This document shows, piece by piece, positions 49,216 to 63,135 of a stretch of 64,000 bases of DNA. This DNA comes from Octopus sinensis (Eukaryota). Numbering within the stretch: position 1 is the stretch's first letter; each line of letters opens with the position of its first letter. Below the pieces are notes generated by a model, which saw only the letters and a list, made by a program, of their open reading frames with translations, did not search any database and was not told where the DNA came from. Location of the stretch: contig NC_043011.1 in the NCBI RefSeq assembly GCF_006345805.1, forward strand, positions 5,208,001 to 5,272,000, in the 5' to 3' direction. The position numbers and the translations under genes were made by a program.

Positions 49216-52200
49216 ACACATGTACATACACATATGTATATGTATGTGGCAGAGTTTTAGATATATGTGTGTGTCTATGTATGTATATACATACAGACAG
49301 ACACCAACTTTTAGTTTTCCTGTCTCATTGAATCAACACTTCGAAAAGTTTTCATCCAGGAAATTTAACATTCTCAAAGGTAGTATAGAATAAATGGTTT
49401 CAATTAAAGGAGTGGGGTGGTGCTAATGAAAAACCAAGGAAGAAAGAGTAAGAAGGAGAGAATGAGAGAGAAAGAGAGAATGAGAGAGAGAGGAGTTGCA
49501 ATGTGGAGGGTGGTGGTGTTTCCTGATAACCTGTAGTGCAGTGCACTTATGGTAATACTTTTTTGAAATTTCAACAACTGGTTGGTGATGGGCAAATGAA
49601 AAGTGGTTAGATGCGTTGTGGATAATAAAAGAGAGAGGACAGAGAAATAGGGAGAGAGAAAGGGTGGAGAGAGAAAGAGAAAGTGCAAGGATGGAAGGGA
49701 AGAAAAGAGAAGACTGGTGGAAATAAGTTCAAAACAGCTTCTCTCACAGCCACCTTTGAGTGAATGCCATTGGTTGGTTTGTGTTTCAGGCTTCTGCTGA
49801 ATGTCCTTGCAGCTTTTCATCAACCTAATGCACTTTTACTATTATCTGTGTTAATGCATTTGTACAGGAAGAGTACTAAATAATATCAGTCTTTAGAGTA
49901 TGGTCATCAACATCATCATCAGCAGCAGCAGTATTTGACATTAGGCAGGTTGGGGTTAAGGCGGCGAACTGGCAGAAACGTTAGCACGCCGGGCGAAATG
50001 CGTAGCCGTATTTCGTCTGCTGTTACGTTCTGGGTTCAAATTCCACTGAGGTCGACTTTGCCTTTCATCCTTTTGGGGTCGATAAAATAAGTACCTATTT
50101 CTTTACTACCCACAAGGGGCTAAACACAGAGGGGACAAACAAGGACAGACAAACGGATTAAGTCGATTACATCGACCCCAGTGCATAACTGGTACTTAAT
50201 TTATCGACCCCGAAAGGATGAAAGGCAAAGTCGACCTCGGCGGAATTTGAACTAAGAACATAATGGCAGACGAAATACGGCTACACCTTTCGCCCGGTGT
50301 GCTAACGTTTCTGCCAGCTCGCCACCTTTTAATACCATTTTAATACTGTTAACTTCATTGGTTGGGTTAATGCTTGAATGTAGAATAATTTATGTCTTCT
50401 AAGGAGGATACCTCATACCAATGGGTAGCAAATACTTCTCTGACTATATTTCTAGGGGGTCCACTCTAACCACTAAATCCAGTCGTTCCTCCCCAGAACA
50501 TGCTTGGCTCAGAATTACAACACAATGGCTGCAGTACCTTTTGAATTCTTCATATCGATTCTCAACCCATTCCAGTGGCTCCCACCACTCATGCACTAGA
50601 CCTACCTCTTCCTACTCTCTTGTCTCCAACTGTATCATCTTCCTACTCCTGCTGCTTATCCCAACCCCATTTTTCTGTATCCCTCTATTTTCATCAGCTC
50701 ATGGCTTTTGTCTCATCCACCTTTCAACCCTATCCATTTTGGTAGTCTGCCTTTCCTACCCCTCATTCACCTTCCCATATCATCATCATATAGCGTTCGC
50801 TTTCCATGCTAGCATGGGTTGGACGGTTCAACTGGGGTCTGTGAAGCCAGAAGGCTGCATTAGGCCCAGTCTGATCTGGCAGTGTTTCTACGGCTGGATG
50901 CCCTTCCTAACGTCAACCACTCCATGAGTGTAGTGGGTGCTTTTTACGTGCCACCCGCACAGGTGCCAGACGAAGCTGGCAGACGGCCACGGACGGATGG
51001 TGCTTTTTACATGCCACCGGCACGGGGGCACACCCACTTCTACTCAGCTTGTGCCTTAAAAGGCCACCAGGACCCCTTATCATCACCTATGTCTTGCAGC
51101 TCCTACTGAACATTTTCTCTATCCCTACTGCTGCCTCTTTACTCCCACCAGATGTGAGTAGCCATGCAGGTCCCTTGGTAGGGATCTGCTCTATGCCCCT
51201 CATCTCCTAGCATGAAGATGACACCCCATCCATTTACCCTAAGGCTCCTACAAGCTACATGGCAACCTCAACAGCACAGGTGGCACAAAAAAATAAAAAT
51301 CACCCAGTCTATGCTGTACAGTGGTTGGCATTAAGGACATCCAACCACAAAAACCATGCCAAAGCAAACACTGGAACTCAATGTGGTCCTAGGACCCATT
51401 GGATCCTGTGAAACCATCCTACTCATGCCAGCATGGAACATGGACATTAAATGAGGACGACTATGATTATGACGACGATGATGATGATTGTCTTAGTCAT
51501 GAATCAAAGGTAAAAGATTTATCAACTCAGGTTTAAAGAGGCATACTGGATAACAGTCCTACATGTACTGCCAAAATAGAAAAAAAAAAACAAACAAAAA
51601 ATGTTTAAAAAACCCAGAATAGTGACAGCTGGAATGCATTTAATCAATGGTGTGTGCTCATTCAGGTTTAATCTAAGCAGGAGTTCTATCTATATATCTA
51701 TATGCTTTCAACAAATTCTTTTGCATAGATTCAAAAATTAATATTGGGCTAATTTAATTGCCAGTATTTGTTTGGTCAATGGAAAATCTTCAACAGAGTG
51801 TTCATGGGTCTATTATATTGTGTTACAGATCCAGCTAATTTCCAAGCAAATCAATCAGTCAGTTGATCTTTGTCATCTATATCTTGTCAAGCTCTGATTA
51901 TGAGCTTCATGCTACATTACTGGTGATTTTCATATAAAATTGGTTTCACCCTTTAGCATTTAACCTGGTTGTATCTGGCCCAAATATTCTGCTTTATGTT
52001 CAAACTTGCCAGGTCCAGCCTATCACAACCTACCCTGGATGTCATACTAAAAATAAACAATTGCCATAGGAGTGGCTGTGTGGTAAGTAGCTCGCTTACC
52101 AACCACATGGTTCTGATTTCAGTCCCACTGCATGGCACCATGGACAAGTGTCTTTTACTATAGCCTCGGGCTGACCAAAGCCTTGTGAGTGGATTTGGTA

Positions 52201-52473
52201 GACAGAAACTGAAAGAAGCCTATCGTATATATGTATATATGTGTGTATATGTTTGTCCCTCCAACATCGCTTGACAACCGATAGTGGTGTGTTTACATCC
52301 CCGTAACTTAGCGGTTCAGCAAAAGAGACCGATAGAATAAGTACTAGGCTTACAAAGAATAAGTCCTGGGGTCGTTTTGTTCGACTAAAGGCGGTGCTCC
52401 AGCATGGCCAGAAACAAGTAAAAGAGTAATTACATCATCAATATTCCAAAGTTACAAGACAATGCAGGATTAA

Positions 52474-53310
52474 GCCATTAGCATTCAGATTATCCTTTCA
52501 AATATAATACTTATTTATTCACAATGTTTTGAATTAATCATGTAGTATCTCATAGCTTTGAGAGTCCAATGATGCGATTGTTGATTCTAAGGAGGATACT
52601 TCATATCAATGGGTACTCTTTTACTCTTTTACTTGTTTCAGTCATTTGACTGCGGCCATGCTGGAGCACCGCCTTTAATCGAGCAACTCGACCCCAGGAC
52701 TTATTATTTTGTAAGCCCAGTACTTATTCTATCAGTCTCTTTTGCTGAACCGCTAAGTGACGGGGACATAAACACACCAGCATCGGTTGTCAAGCAATGC
52801 TAGGGGGACAAACACAGACATACAAACACACACATGCATATATATATATATATACGACGGGCTTCTTTCAGTTTCCATCTACCAAATCCACTCACAAGGC
52901 ATTGGTCAGCCCGGGGCTATGGCAGAAGACACTTGCCCAAGGTGCCACGCAGCGGGACTGAACCCGGAACCATGTGGTTGGTAAACAAGCTACTTACCAC
53001 ACAGCCACTCCAGCGCCTATGTAGCTAATATTTCTCTGACTATATTTCTAATTAATGAGTAGACTGCATACAGGTTTCAGTAAATTTTCAATATAATCAA
53101 GGCTTTACAGTAACATATTTGTTGTGGACATTGTTGTTATTGTGAGTTGTTGTTGACTGTAGTGTTGACCAATTAAAATCTCATTATCATTCATATTAAA
53201 ATTAGAATGACATTGCCAACCAGATGTGAGGGGTCTGATCTAGCTGGTTTGAGCACAAAACAAGTCAAATATTTAGGCCAAATATAACTGGTTTAAACGT
53301 CAAAGGAATA
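52474..53310 (+). mobile_element. Non-autonomous TTAA-type MITE carrying a nested SINE A and an inserted intron-derived segment
   Basis: Ends ttaagccattagcatt ... aacgtcaaaggaataa. A related fragment lies at 51938-52075 (-). Confidence 0.55.
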
Positions 53311-54534
53311 ATTTAAAACAATATGAGTCAAAATGATTAAAAAGGTTGCAAGACGCAACGAAAATTTTAGGAAAAAAAAAAAGAAAAAAGTGGAAATTTT
53401 ACTGGTGAGTGTGTTATATTATAAGGCACAAAAAGAAAATGACTCTCCCCAGACACAACAGAATATGCTTCAACACACGAACTCATATAAAGAACCTTGC
53501 AAACCAAATCCAAAAACGAAATATGAATGAATAAACACTGCGTTTGACAGTCATCAGAAGGTTAATGGATTAAATAAGTATATTATGTGCAAATATAATA
53601 TAGATAGGCGCAGGAGTGGCTGTGTGGTAAGTAGCTTGTTTACCAACCACATGGTTCCGGGTTCAGTCCCACTGTGTGGCACCTTGGGCAAGTGTCTTCT
53701 ACTATAGCCTTGGGCCGACCAAAGCCTTGTGAGTGGATTTGGTAGATGGAAACTGAAAGAAGCCCGTCGTATATATGTATATATATATATATATATATTT
53801 ATGTGTATGTGCTTGTGTGTCTGTGTTTGTCCCCCTAGCATTGCTTGACAACCGATGCTGGTGTGTTTATGTCCCTGTCACTTAGCGGTTCAGCAAAAGA
53901 GACTGATAGAATAAGTACTGGGCTTACAAAGAATAAGTCCCGGGGTGGAGTTGCTCGATTAAAGGCGGTGCTCCAGCATGGCCGCAGTCATATGACTGAA
54001 ACAAATAAAAAAGAGTAAAAAGTGTAAAAAGAGTAGACTCTCTCCAATCCAGCACCAATGGGAATGAAACATGGATAAGCTGATTTTTCCAGATATCACA
54101 TCACTACTTTTTCAAACCACCACAGTACCTGACAAAACTCATTAAAATTATATATATGCATCAGTCGTTATGCTAATATCATTAACACAAACACTTGTTC
54201 AATTCCACTCCTTTATTATTAGTCAATTAGTTAACTATCCAACTAATTAATTGATTATTTATTTAACTTGGTTAAACAGTAAGTCATTTGTTTTGTTTTG
54301 TTTTTATCTTGTTATTCAGAGTTTTGCTTAATGCCACTGCTGTTTCCCCGACCCCTTTCCCACCATTTAGGGTCCAATTTTCCATGCTTGTATGGATTTG
54401 AAGATTCTAATGGTATTCGTTGAGGCAGACTTTCTATGACAGGATGCTCCTCCTGTCACCAACCTTTGTTTCCCAGCAACGTAATATTTCCCCAATGGCC
54501 GGACAGAAGACTGACAACGAACAACATAGCATCT

Positions 54535-54570
<36 letters not shown>

Positions 54571-55200
54571 CTCATTTATAACCACCACATGATGTTAAAA
54601 TACACACACACACACATATATACACGATGGGCTTCTTCTAGTTTCCATCTACCAAAATTCACACATAAGGCTTTTGTTGGCCAGGTCTGTAGCAGAATAC
54701 ACTTTCCCAATGTACTACACAGTGAGATGAGATTGAACCTGAGACTCAATAGTTAGGAAGCAATTTTCTCAATCACAAGCCATGCCTGTGCTTAAGAGAG
54801 AAAAAAAGACTGAAACCTTTTACAGTCAGTACATTACATCTTCATGTGAGATCTGAATTTCAGCTCCATGTATGAGCGCAACAGGGTTACTTGTACATTA
54901 CTTTAAAAATAGAATGATGACTTCTTCAGTTTCCATTTAATTTACCAGTAACCATGCTCAAAACTTTGTTTTAATATCTTACATAAAACATAATAAGTGT
55001 TTGGTAAAAAATAAATTATGAATGACATATGCATAGGCGCAGGAGTGGCTGTGTGGTAAGTAGCTTGCTAACCAACCACATGGTTACGGGTTCAGTCCCA
55101 CTGCATGGCATCTTGGGCAAGTGTCTTCTGCTATAGCCCCGGGCCGACCAATGCCTTGTGAGTGGATTTGGTAGACGGAAGCTGAAAGAAGCCTGTCGTA

Positions 55201-55261
<61 letters not shown>

Positions 55262-56296
55262 GTGTCTGTGTTTGTCCCCCTAGCATTGCTTGACAACCGA
55301 TGCTGGTGTGTTTACGTCCCCGTCACTTAGCGGTTCGGCAAAAGAGACCGATAGAATAAGTACTGGGCTTACAAAGAATAAGTCTCGGGGTCGATTTGCT
55401 CGACTAAAAGGCGGTGCTCCAGCATGGCTGCAGTCAAATGACTGAAACAAGTAAAGAGAGTATGCATACTGCTAACTTTTAATCAAAACATGATAGCATA
55501 GATGGAGACTGATATCTTACCTTTCAGTTGGTATTATGCATAAAAGATTATTGAAAAACCATAAAAAACTACATTTGGGGTATGTGTATAAGCAAAGCTA
55601 TATCAAGAAAAAGTCATCGTGGTTGTTGCCTGTCATTTGATGTCTGTCTTCCATGCTGTTATGGGCTGGACAGTTTGACAAGAGCTGGCAAGCCTAAGGA
55701 ATGTGCCATGCTCTTCTATCTGTCTTGACAGTTTTTACAGCTGGATGCCCTTCCTAACGCCAACCACTCCATGAGTGTAGTGGGTGCTTTTTATGTGCCA
55801 CCGACACAGGTGCCAGATGAGGCTGGCAAACGGCCACGCTCGGATGGTGTTTTTTGTGCCACCGACACAGGTGCCAGACGAGGCTGGCAAACGGCCACGC
55901 TCGGATGGTGCTTTTTACGTGCCACCGGCACGGAGGCCAGGCGAGGCTGGCACAGCCACGATCGGATGGTGTTTGTTACGTGCCCACAGCATGGAGGCCA
56001 GTCGATGCGGTACTGGCTATGGCCACGTTCAGATGGTTTTCTTATGTGCCACCAGCACTGGTACCACAAAAATACAAATTCCATTGATGTTCATCGATTT
56101 TGATTTGATTTGATTTTCACTTGTCTCAACAGGTCTTCACAAGTAGAGTTATGTGTCCCAAAAGGAAGGTATGCACAGGTGGACTGACTACGTCCCAGGT
56201 AGGGGCCATGGGTTATGGCCTCACGTGTCCTGCCGGGTCTAACTTCTAATATAAACAAAAATTAGTGAGGATTAACAAATGAAAAGAATACTTTAC

Positions 56297-56535
56297 CATT
56301 GATGTAAGTAACAGAGTTTTCTCCATAAATTGCCTCTTCTTTTTTGTTCATTTCTGCTTCCTCTCTGGCGTCTGAGGGCCATTCAAACTGCTCTTCTTTA
56401 ACAGTTCCTAACAAAACTTTGAGGAAACAATGAGATTTTGAATGGGCATGGATGCTGCTACCTTGGCTTTCATTCCAGCAGAGGATCATCAGGTTATATT
56501 TACCATTTCCTTCATCTACAAGATTTCTAGTATAT
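56297..56535 (-). CDS. CDO1: Cysteine dioxygenase type 1, internal coding exon (R|[79 protein letters not shown]|D)
   Basis: Translation matches the CDO cupin core: Y58/R60 (YTR), W77, iron ligands H86/H88 (IHAH), C93 (SHCF). Acceptor tttctttacAG ends at 56536 and donor GTaaag starts at 56296. Phase 2 start and phase 1 end. Confidence 0.97.
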
Positions 56536-56931
56536 CTGTAAAGAAAAGGAAAAAAAAAAGCTGTATCACTGTATCAGCCAGCTCACTGGATGTTGTTAAC
56601 ACTGCTGGTCACAATGCACTTCTTTTGCATTGTTGTTGCTTTCGAATGATGCCATCCTGTTGTTTCGATGGGCAGAACAATGGTGCTCTTGAATGAGATG
56701 CCAAGCAATCACAGGATTGCCAGTTTTACAGATGAGTTGGCTGGAGCAACATGAAATGAAGTGCTTTGCTCAAGAACACAATGCATCACTGGACTGGGAA
56801 TCAAAACCAGGATCTTGGGATCACGAGTCCAACACCCAAACTACAAATACAGGTAACAAATTACAGATGCAGAAACTTGGACTGAAAGTTATGGTGACGT
56901 TAAAACTTCTGACTATTAAAAGATATATATA

Positions 56932-58186
56932 TAGGGTTGGCCAAAAGTCCTTTTGGTTTTTGGTAACACTAAACTTCAAGCACTTTACTAAGTTGCTAAC
57001 TTCAGTGTGTCCCTTGTGAATATGCACTTATTAGATACCTGATACTCCAATGTAGTTTGACATGAACTTGTGTGAAGACAGGTTGTATTTTGTGTGCTTG
57101 GGATCACCCAGGAGATGGAGAACCGAAACAAACATTATCAACAACTTATGGTTTTGTATTTCAAAAAAGGTAAGCCAAGTGGTGGAAAACTGCAGGAAGA
57201 CATGCACTGTATGCAAAGAGGATTACAGTTGTAGAATATGTCTACCAAAAGTGGTTTCCAAGATTTTTATCAGGAAAATTCTTGGTTCAAGATGCACCTT
57301 GCTCTGGTCAGCCAACCAAGATTAACAGTGCAAAATGAAAGACTTAGTTGATACCAAACCACATTATCTGACCAGGACAATCACAGATGTTCTCCAGATA
57401 TCCAAACCAAGTGTTGAAAATCATTTGCATCTACTTAGTTACATCAGAAGGCTTGATGCTTGGGTCCCACACCAATTGAATGCAAAAGATTTTCATCTGC
57501 AATTCGTCGCAGAAATATGAAGAAAATGATCCTTCTTTTGAAGAGAATGGGGACAGGAGACAAAAAATAGATCATCTATAACAATATGAAGTGCAAACAA
57601 TCATAGGGGAAGCACAACGAATCACCACAAACAACATTCAAAGCAAGATTTAATTTGAAATAGGTTATGCTTTCAATCTGGTGGGACAGAAGAATGTTGT
57701 GTTTCTTCCCATGGACAGGACTGTCCATTTGAACATGAACTGTGACCAGTGGGATAAACTAAACACAACAATTCACTAGAAGCATCCAGCATTTGCTAAT
57801 CATAAGAGCATTGTCTTTAATCCTGACAATTCCAGACTGCAAACCTCTTGCAGACACAACAAGAGTTACTGGGGCTTGGCTGGGAAGTCTTGTCACACTG
57901 TCCATATTTGTCCAACCTTGCACCTTCAGATTTCCACTTGTTTTGGTCTCTTCAAAATTCATTGAATGGACAGACCTTGATCTTTGAAAATGAAGAAAAA
58001 ATTCATCTGAAAGAGTTTTTCACCGGTAAAGACAGGAAACTCTTTCGGCGGGAAATAATGAATTTGCCCACAAGTTAGCAGAAGATACTAAAGAAAATGG
58101 TAAGTATATCATTGACTGAATAAATCGTTCTGTGAATTTTTGTTTAAAAAAAAATCGAAAAGCAATGGACATTTTGGCCAACCTAA
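56932..58186 (+). mobile_element. mariner (Hsmar1-like) transposon, full-length but decayed
   Basis: TIRs tagggttggccaaaagtcc / ggacattttggccaacctaa. DAWVPHQL and LGWEVLSHCPYLSNLAPSDFHLFWSLQNSL motifs with many frameshifts. Confidence 0.9.
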
Positions 58187-59229
58187 TTAAAACAAAATCT
58201 CCAACAATTGTAAATATTTATAGATACCAAGGGAGTCTAATATATATAGATGTACCATTTTAATACTTATTTCTTTACTACCCACAAGGGGCTAAACACA
58301 GAGGGGACAAATAAGGACAGACAAACGGATTAAGTCAATTACATCGACCCAGTGCGTAACTGGTACTTAATTTATCGACCCCGAAAGGATGAAAGGCAAA
58401 GTCGACCTCGGCGGAATTTGAACTAAGAACATAGTGGCAGACGAAATACGGCTACGCATTTCGCCCGGTGTGCTAACGTTTCTGCCAACTCGCCGCCTTT
58501 TAATACCATTTTAATACTGTTAACTTCATTGGTTGGGTTAATGCTTGATTGTAGAATGATTTCTGTCTTCTAAGGAGGATACCTCATACCAATGGGTAGC
58601 TAATACTTCTCTGACTATATTTCTAATTAATGAGTAGACTGCATACAGGTTTCAGTAAATTTTCAATATAATCAAGGCTTTACAGTAACATATTTGTTGT
58701 GGACGTTGTTGTTGTTGTTGTTGATTATAGTGTTGACCAATTAAAATCTCATTATTATTCATATAAAAATGTAATTTTCACTGAGACAGTAATTTAAATA
58801 TGATCACTTTAAGGCAGGTGCTTGATCACATGGGGTTGATCTTGTAAGGGTTAATAAGAAGGCAGCTGCAGTAATTGATTTAATTAAAGAAACAGGCAAT
58901 AGCTGTGTGGCTAAGAAGTTTGGTTTACAGTCATAGGATTCTGGATTCAATTTCTCCTGCAACAAGTATCTTCTACCATAACCTCATCATCGTTTAACAT
59001 TTGCCTTCCATGCTCGCATGGGTTGGACGTCAGTATCCATTATTTAATCTCAGGCTTCTGAGTGAAACTGCAGGAACCCACTGGATTTCATATACATATA
59101 AGTGTGTGTGTGTGTGTGAGTGTGTGTGTGTGGTGTGAGTGTGTGTGTGTGATTGATGCAAGACATGAAGATCAGAAAAAAATTGCTGATAAACAGGTGC
59201 ATCAAACAAAATAATACTTTGTAGTGTTT

Positions 59230-59930
59230 ATTCCACCCAAGTAATACAGACAATCCTCTGGTCACTCTCACCATTAGGAAAACAGTGTATCAGAAACTGG
59301 CTCATTAGGAACCTACGACCAACACCACCTTTTGATTGACTCCCTCTATGCAGTAGATTCTAATTTGATCAGAAATGATAATGACCTGGGCTATGATGAC
59401 ACTTATAGATGTAATTTCAAGAGGTGCTGCTGAACTCTGTATCTGTATGACATCACCGATTACAAACACTATGTGGAGCATAGGTTTTGTGCATCTTGAT
59501 TTACCAAAAACGGTAAAGAGGTGATTTACGATAGTCTGTAATGAGTGTGATAGCGACAATATTGTGAGATCCAAAGTTCAAGATAAAGAACTCAGTACTG
59601 TTGTACTCTAATAAACAGCTGTTCTGTGGTGGCAGACATATAGAGTAATCTTAGATGGTTTACTGTTGGTAGTGTTGTTATCAGATTCATTATTTCAGCT
59701 TCTGGCTGTTTCAGTTTATCTAAATATCTTATATTCTTGTATTCTGTGAAGAACTGTGTCAGTCAAGCCATAGGTCCCCAATGGGCCAACCATTGATACA
59801 CTGAATTTCTAATGGGGAAAGGTGACAATTTCAAATACTTCTAGTTGAATTACATAATGCTTTTGTGTGACATCAACTCATTCCTGAATGATTTGCCTAA
59901 AATCCTTCCAACCAGGGCCATCCAGTCATT
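59230..59930 (+). mobile_element. Highly decayed LINE RT fragment
   Basis: Remnants resembling LDLSKAFD (HLDLPKTVK) and FLxxINDLP (INSFLNDLPK). Confidence 0.35.
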
Positions 59931-61053
59931 TTATTACACACACACAGAAGTGTGTGTGTGTGTGTGTGTGTGTGTATGCATTCCCAACCACATGGCTTCA
60001 AGTTTAGTTCTACTATGTAGAACTTTGGGCAAATGTCTTTTACTATTGCCCCTGGCCTAGTGAGTGGATTTAGTAGGCAGAATCTGAAAGAAACAAAGTA
60101 AGTGTAGGTGTGTGGGGGGTGTACTTATCTGTCTGTCTGTCTGTCTATTATAATTGAGAAAGCTGCTTATTAATTAGGTATGTAGCAGGTACTAAAAGAA
60201 AGTAATTATTAAAGACTTGACAATCTGGAAATTTTTTTAGAAATTCATGTTCCAAGAAATTTCCTGTAATTTCAATTTCTGAAGTTTATTGAATATTTGA
60301 ACTACAAATTTTTCACAAATTTAAATATTTGTTGCGGAGTAGATTTTAATGTTTAGTATTAATTTGTTGTACATGAAATTTTCCATTTTCATTTGCAACA
60401 ATCTCTCACTTTCTCTCTCTCTTGCCTCTATTTTCATTAATGATTGTTTAATATATATTCATTTTAATATTTTCATTTCAAGTTTTAATTCGCTATTTGC
60501 AAAACTCTCATTTTATTGTATATACGTAATGTAAAAAAATTATTTATTGAATGAATGAATGCTGTTAGACAAGATAGCTGTATAACTTTGATACGAGGCA
60601 CAATTTCAAGAATAATATGTTTCCAGAGTTTGTTCAATGAATAGTTTTGATAAAATGAAAATTTTTTCATATACTGGTATAATTTTTTTTTTAAATTACA
60701 AAGTGATTTTGTTGGTATGGCTGTTTGGAATGCTATAAGCCTTACAATAATAACTATGTGATCGCTGCTATTTCTAGCATGCTAAACATAGTTGGGTTAC
60801 CTTGAATTTTGTTTAAATTAGGGATATAATACAACTAAGATAAATTACTAAAAGAAATATTTACTAAACAAGTTTTTTATAAATTGGTGTTTTCAGGAAA
60901 ATTTACGTTCTAAACTTCTTTTCATTATTGAATATTTCACGTTCACAAATTTAAATATTCGTTACAAGATAGTTTTTAATGAGCATTTATCACAATGTTC
61001 TCTCTTACCTTACCTTCTCTCTGTCTCTGTCTGTCTGTCTGTCTGTCTGTCTT

Positions 61054-61094
<41 letters not shown>

Positions 61095-61585
61095 TACACA
61101 CGTGACTTATTTCCTTTCTGTCATTGTCTAAGAATTATCAAGTGAATCTGTTGCTATAGCGATTTAATACACTATAGGTATTCAAATACTTCTATGTGAT
61201 CACTGCTATTTCTTTTTGCCAGCCATCTTTCGGTTGTTGTCTCAGAAATGCCAAAAGGAACAGCTGGTTTTGTTCGCTAATTTCCGTAAAAATCTTCTAT
61301 TTCTTTACTTTTGTTTTAAAGTGAAGGATGTATGGATGTGTATATGAAATGGATGTGTGTATGTGTGTGTGAAAGAGAGAGTGAAGGGGTGTTGCCATGT
61401 ATGTATACATACATAAATAAATATGCATACATCTCTTTTGTATGTGTGCATGTGTATGAAAGAGAGAAGGAGTGAGTGCCACTTAGACATCACTCTCTCA
61501 CTCTGTTTCACATGCACACATATATACAAAAAAGATGTATGCATATGTATTTATCTATGTACGTATACATGACAACACACTCCTC

Positions 61586-61634
<49 letters not shown>

Positions 61635-61645
61635 CTCTCTCCTCT

Positions 61646-61810
61646 CTGTTTATGGGAAAGAATGCTTGGATGAAAGAACTTGCAGAAGATGGTTTGAAAA
61701 ATTCAGAAGTGGAGATTTCAGCCTTGAAGATGAAGATCGAACAGGACGTCCAGTTGAGTTTGATGATAAGCTCTTTGAGGCATTACTTGAAGAAAAATTC
61801 TGCATTATCA
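61646..61810 (+). mobile_element. mariner transposase HTH fragment
   Basis: VYGKECLDERTCRRWFEKFRSGDFSLEDEDRTGRPVEFDDK. Confidence 0.8.
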
Positions 61811-61829
61811 TTACGGAAAGTCACTTCTA

Positions 61830-62110
61830 GGAGATGAAGAGAACGAATCTCAGGGAAGTCAATACTATCCATGGAAACCGAGGCAAGAAAGGATGTCTGA
61901 AGCAATTAATTGAGAGAAGTTTAGTTTTCGATGGATTGAACATTACAAGCCATTTCATACTCCACTTAACAATAGATCAAAGATCATTCTCAAGGTTAGC
62001 AGCGATCTCAACCTCATCAGACAAGTTGTCAAATTTGTCCAAACAAGTGTTCTGCCTCCTAAATGCATTGAAGGATTTGCATCTGATATGAACTCAGATC
62101 CAATGGGCTG
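61830..62110 (-). mobile_element. CR1/Jockey-like LINE RT C-terminal fragment
   Basis: IAANLENDL*SIVKWSMKWLVMFNPSKTKLLSI. Confidence 0.65.
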
Positions 62111-62959
62111 GCAATGCAATACTGTAACCAAACAGCCATATCATTCCATCTACCAGAAACATGGTATATAGTCTCAGATAAACATGTGACATTTACTTTA
62201 TAAAACAATGTTCATGTTGACCTTTTTATGCAAAAATTAATTACAAAGCATTATTCTACACAGCAGTATAATTTGATTAAAATTTCAAAATAGTAGATGT
62301 GTCTCTTTTGTTACCATTCCAACCGAGACCAATTCTGACTACGATACAAGAATCCTGTTTTAAAGTAATCTAAATTAAAATTCTCCATCAAAATTTATGT
62401 TCCAAACACCAGCTTCATAATATCAACTTTATAATGCCAAAGCTGTTCGCTAATTTTTTCACATTTTGAAAATTAATGAAAAGAATGGCAACGGTTTTCA
62501 ACAAAAATACTCTATCAAAAGAGACAAAACAAACAGGTTTTAAGTAATACATGTTTTTCTCTTGTTCTCAATCTCTCTCCTTCTCTCTTGCTCTCTCCCC
62601 CTTTTCTATGTCTACTTCTTTCATTCTCTCTCTCAGTCCTGGCATTACCTGTTCATTGAAACACAGTAAGGTCTCTTAAAATAAAGAACAAAGTGATTAG
62701 TCTGAGAGTTAATGTTTTATGCTTTTGATACAATAAATTGTTTACAATAAAACCTATTGACACTCAGGTTTAACATACTTTGTTTTTAATAACAATAATA
62801 ACAATAACAATAATAATAATAATAATATTTTAAGTTTAGTTTAAATAAGCAGTGTTATTTTGATTTCCACCACCTCTATCACCACAATAATATTAATATC
62901 TAGAGAGGAGATGTGGGGTTAGACTAAATGGAAAGAGGAGTAAAAAATGATTTGGAATG

Positions 62960-63135
62960 AATGATGCAATAAAGAAAATAAAATGCAAAAATCAGACACC
63001 TGCATAAATTTAAATGGTCATGTAGACAGAATTCCACAGAAGGAAAGGTGTGCAAGAAAAGATTCTTCAAACTGCGCCAACTAACAGAAGACCTAAAGGG
63101 CAGACCACAAACAGGATGGTATGATATCCATGATG
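62960..63135 (+). mobile_element. Probable RTE-like LINE C-terminal remnant
   Basis: ..RPKGRPQTGWYDI resembles the RTE RxxGRPxxxWxD motif. Confidence 0.4.
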
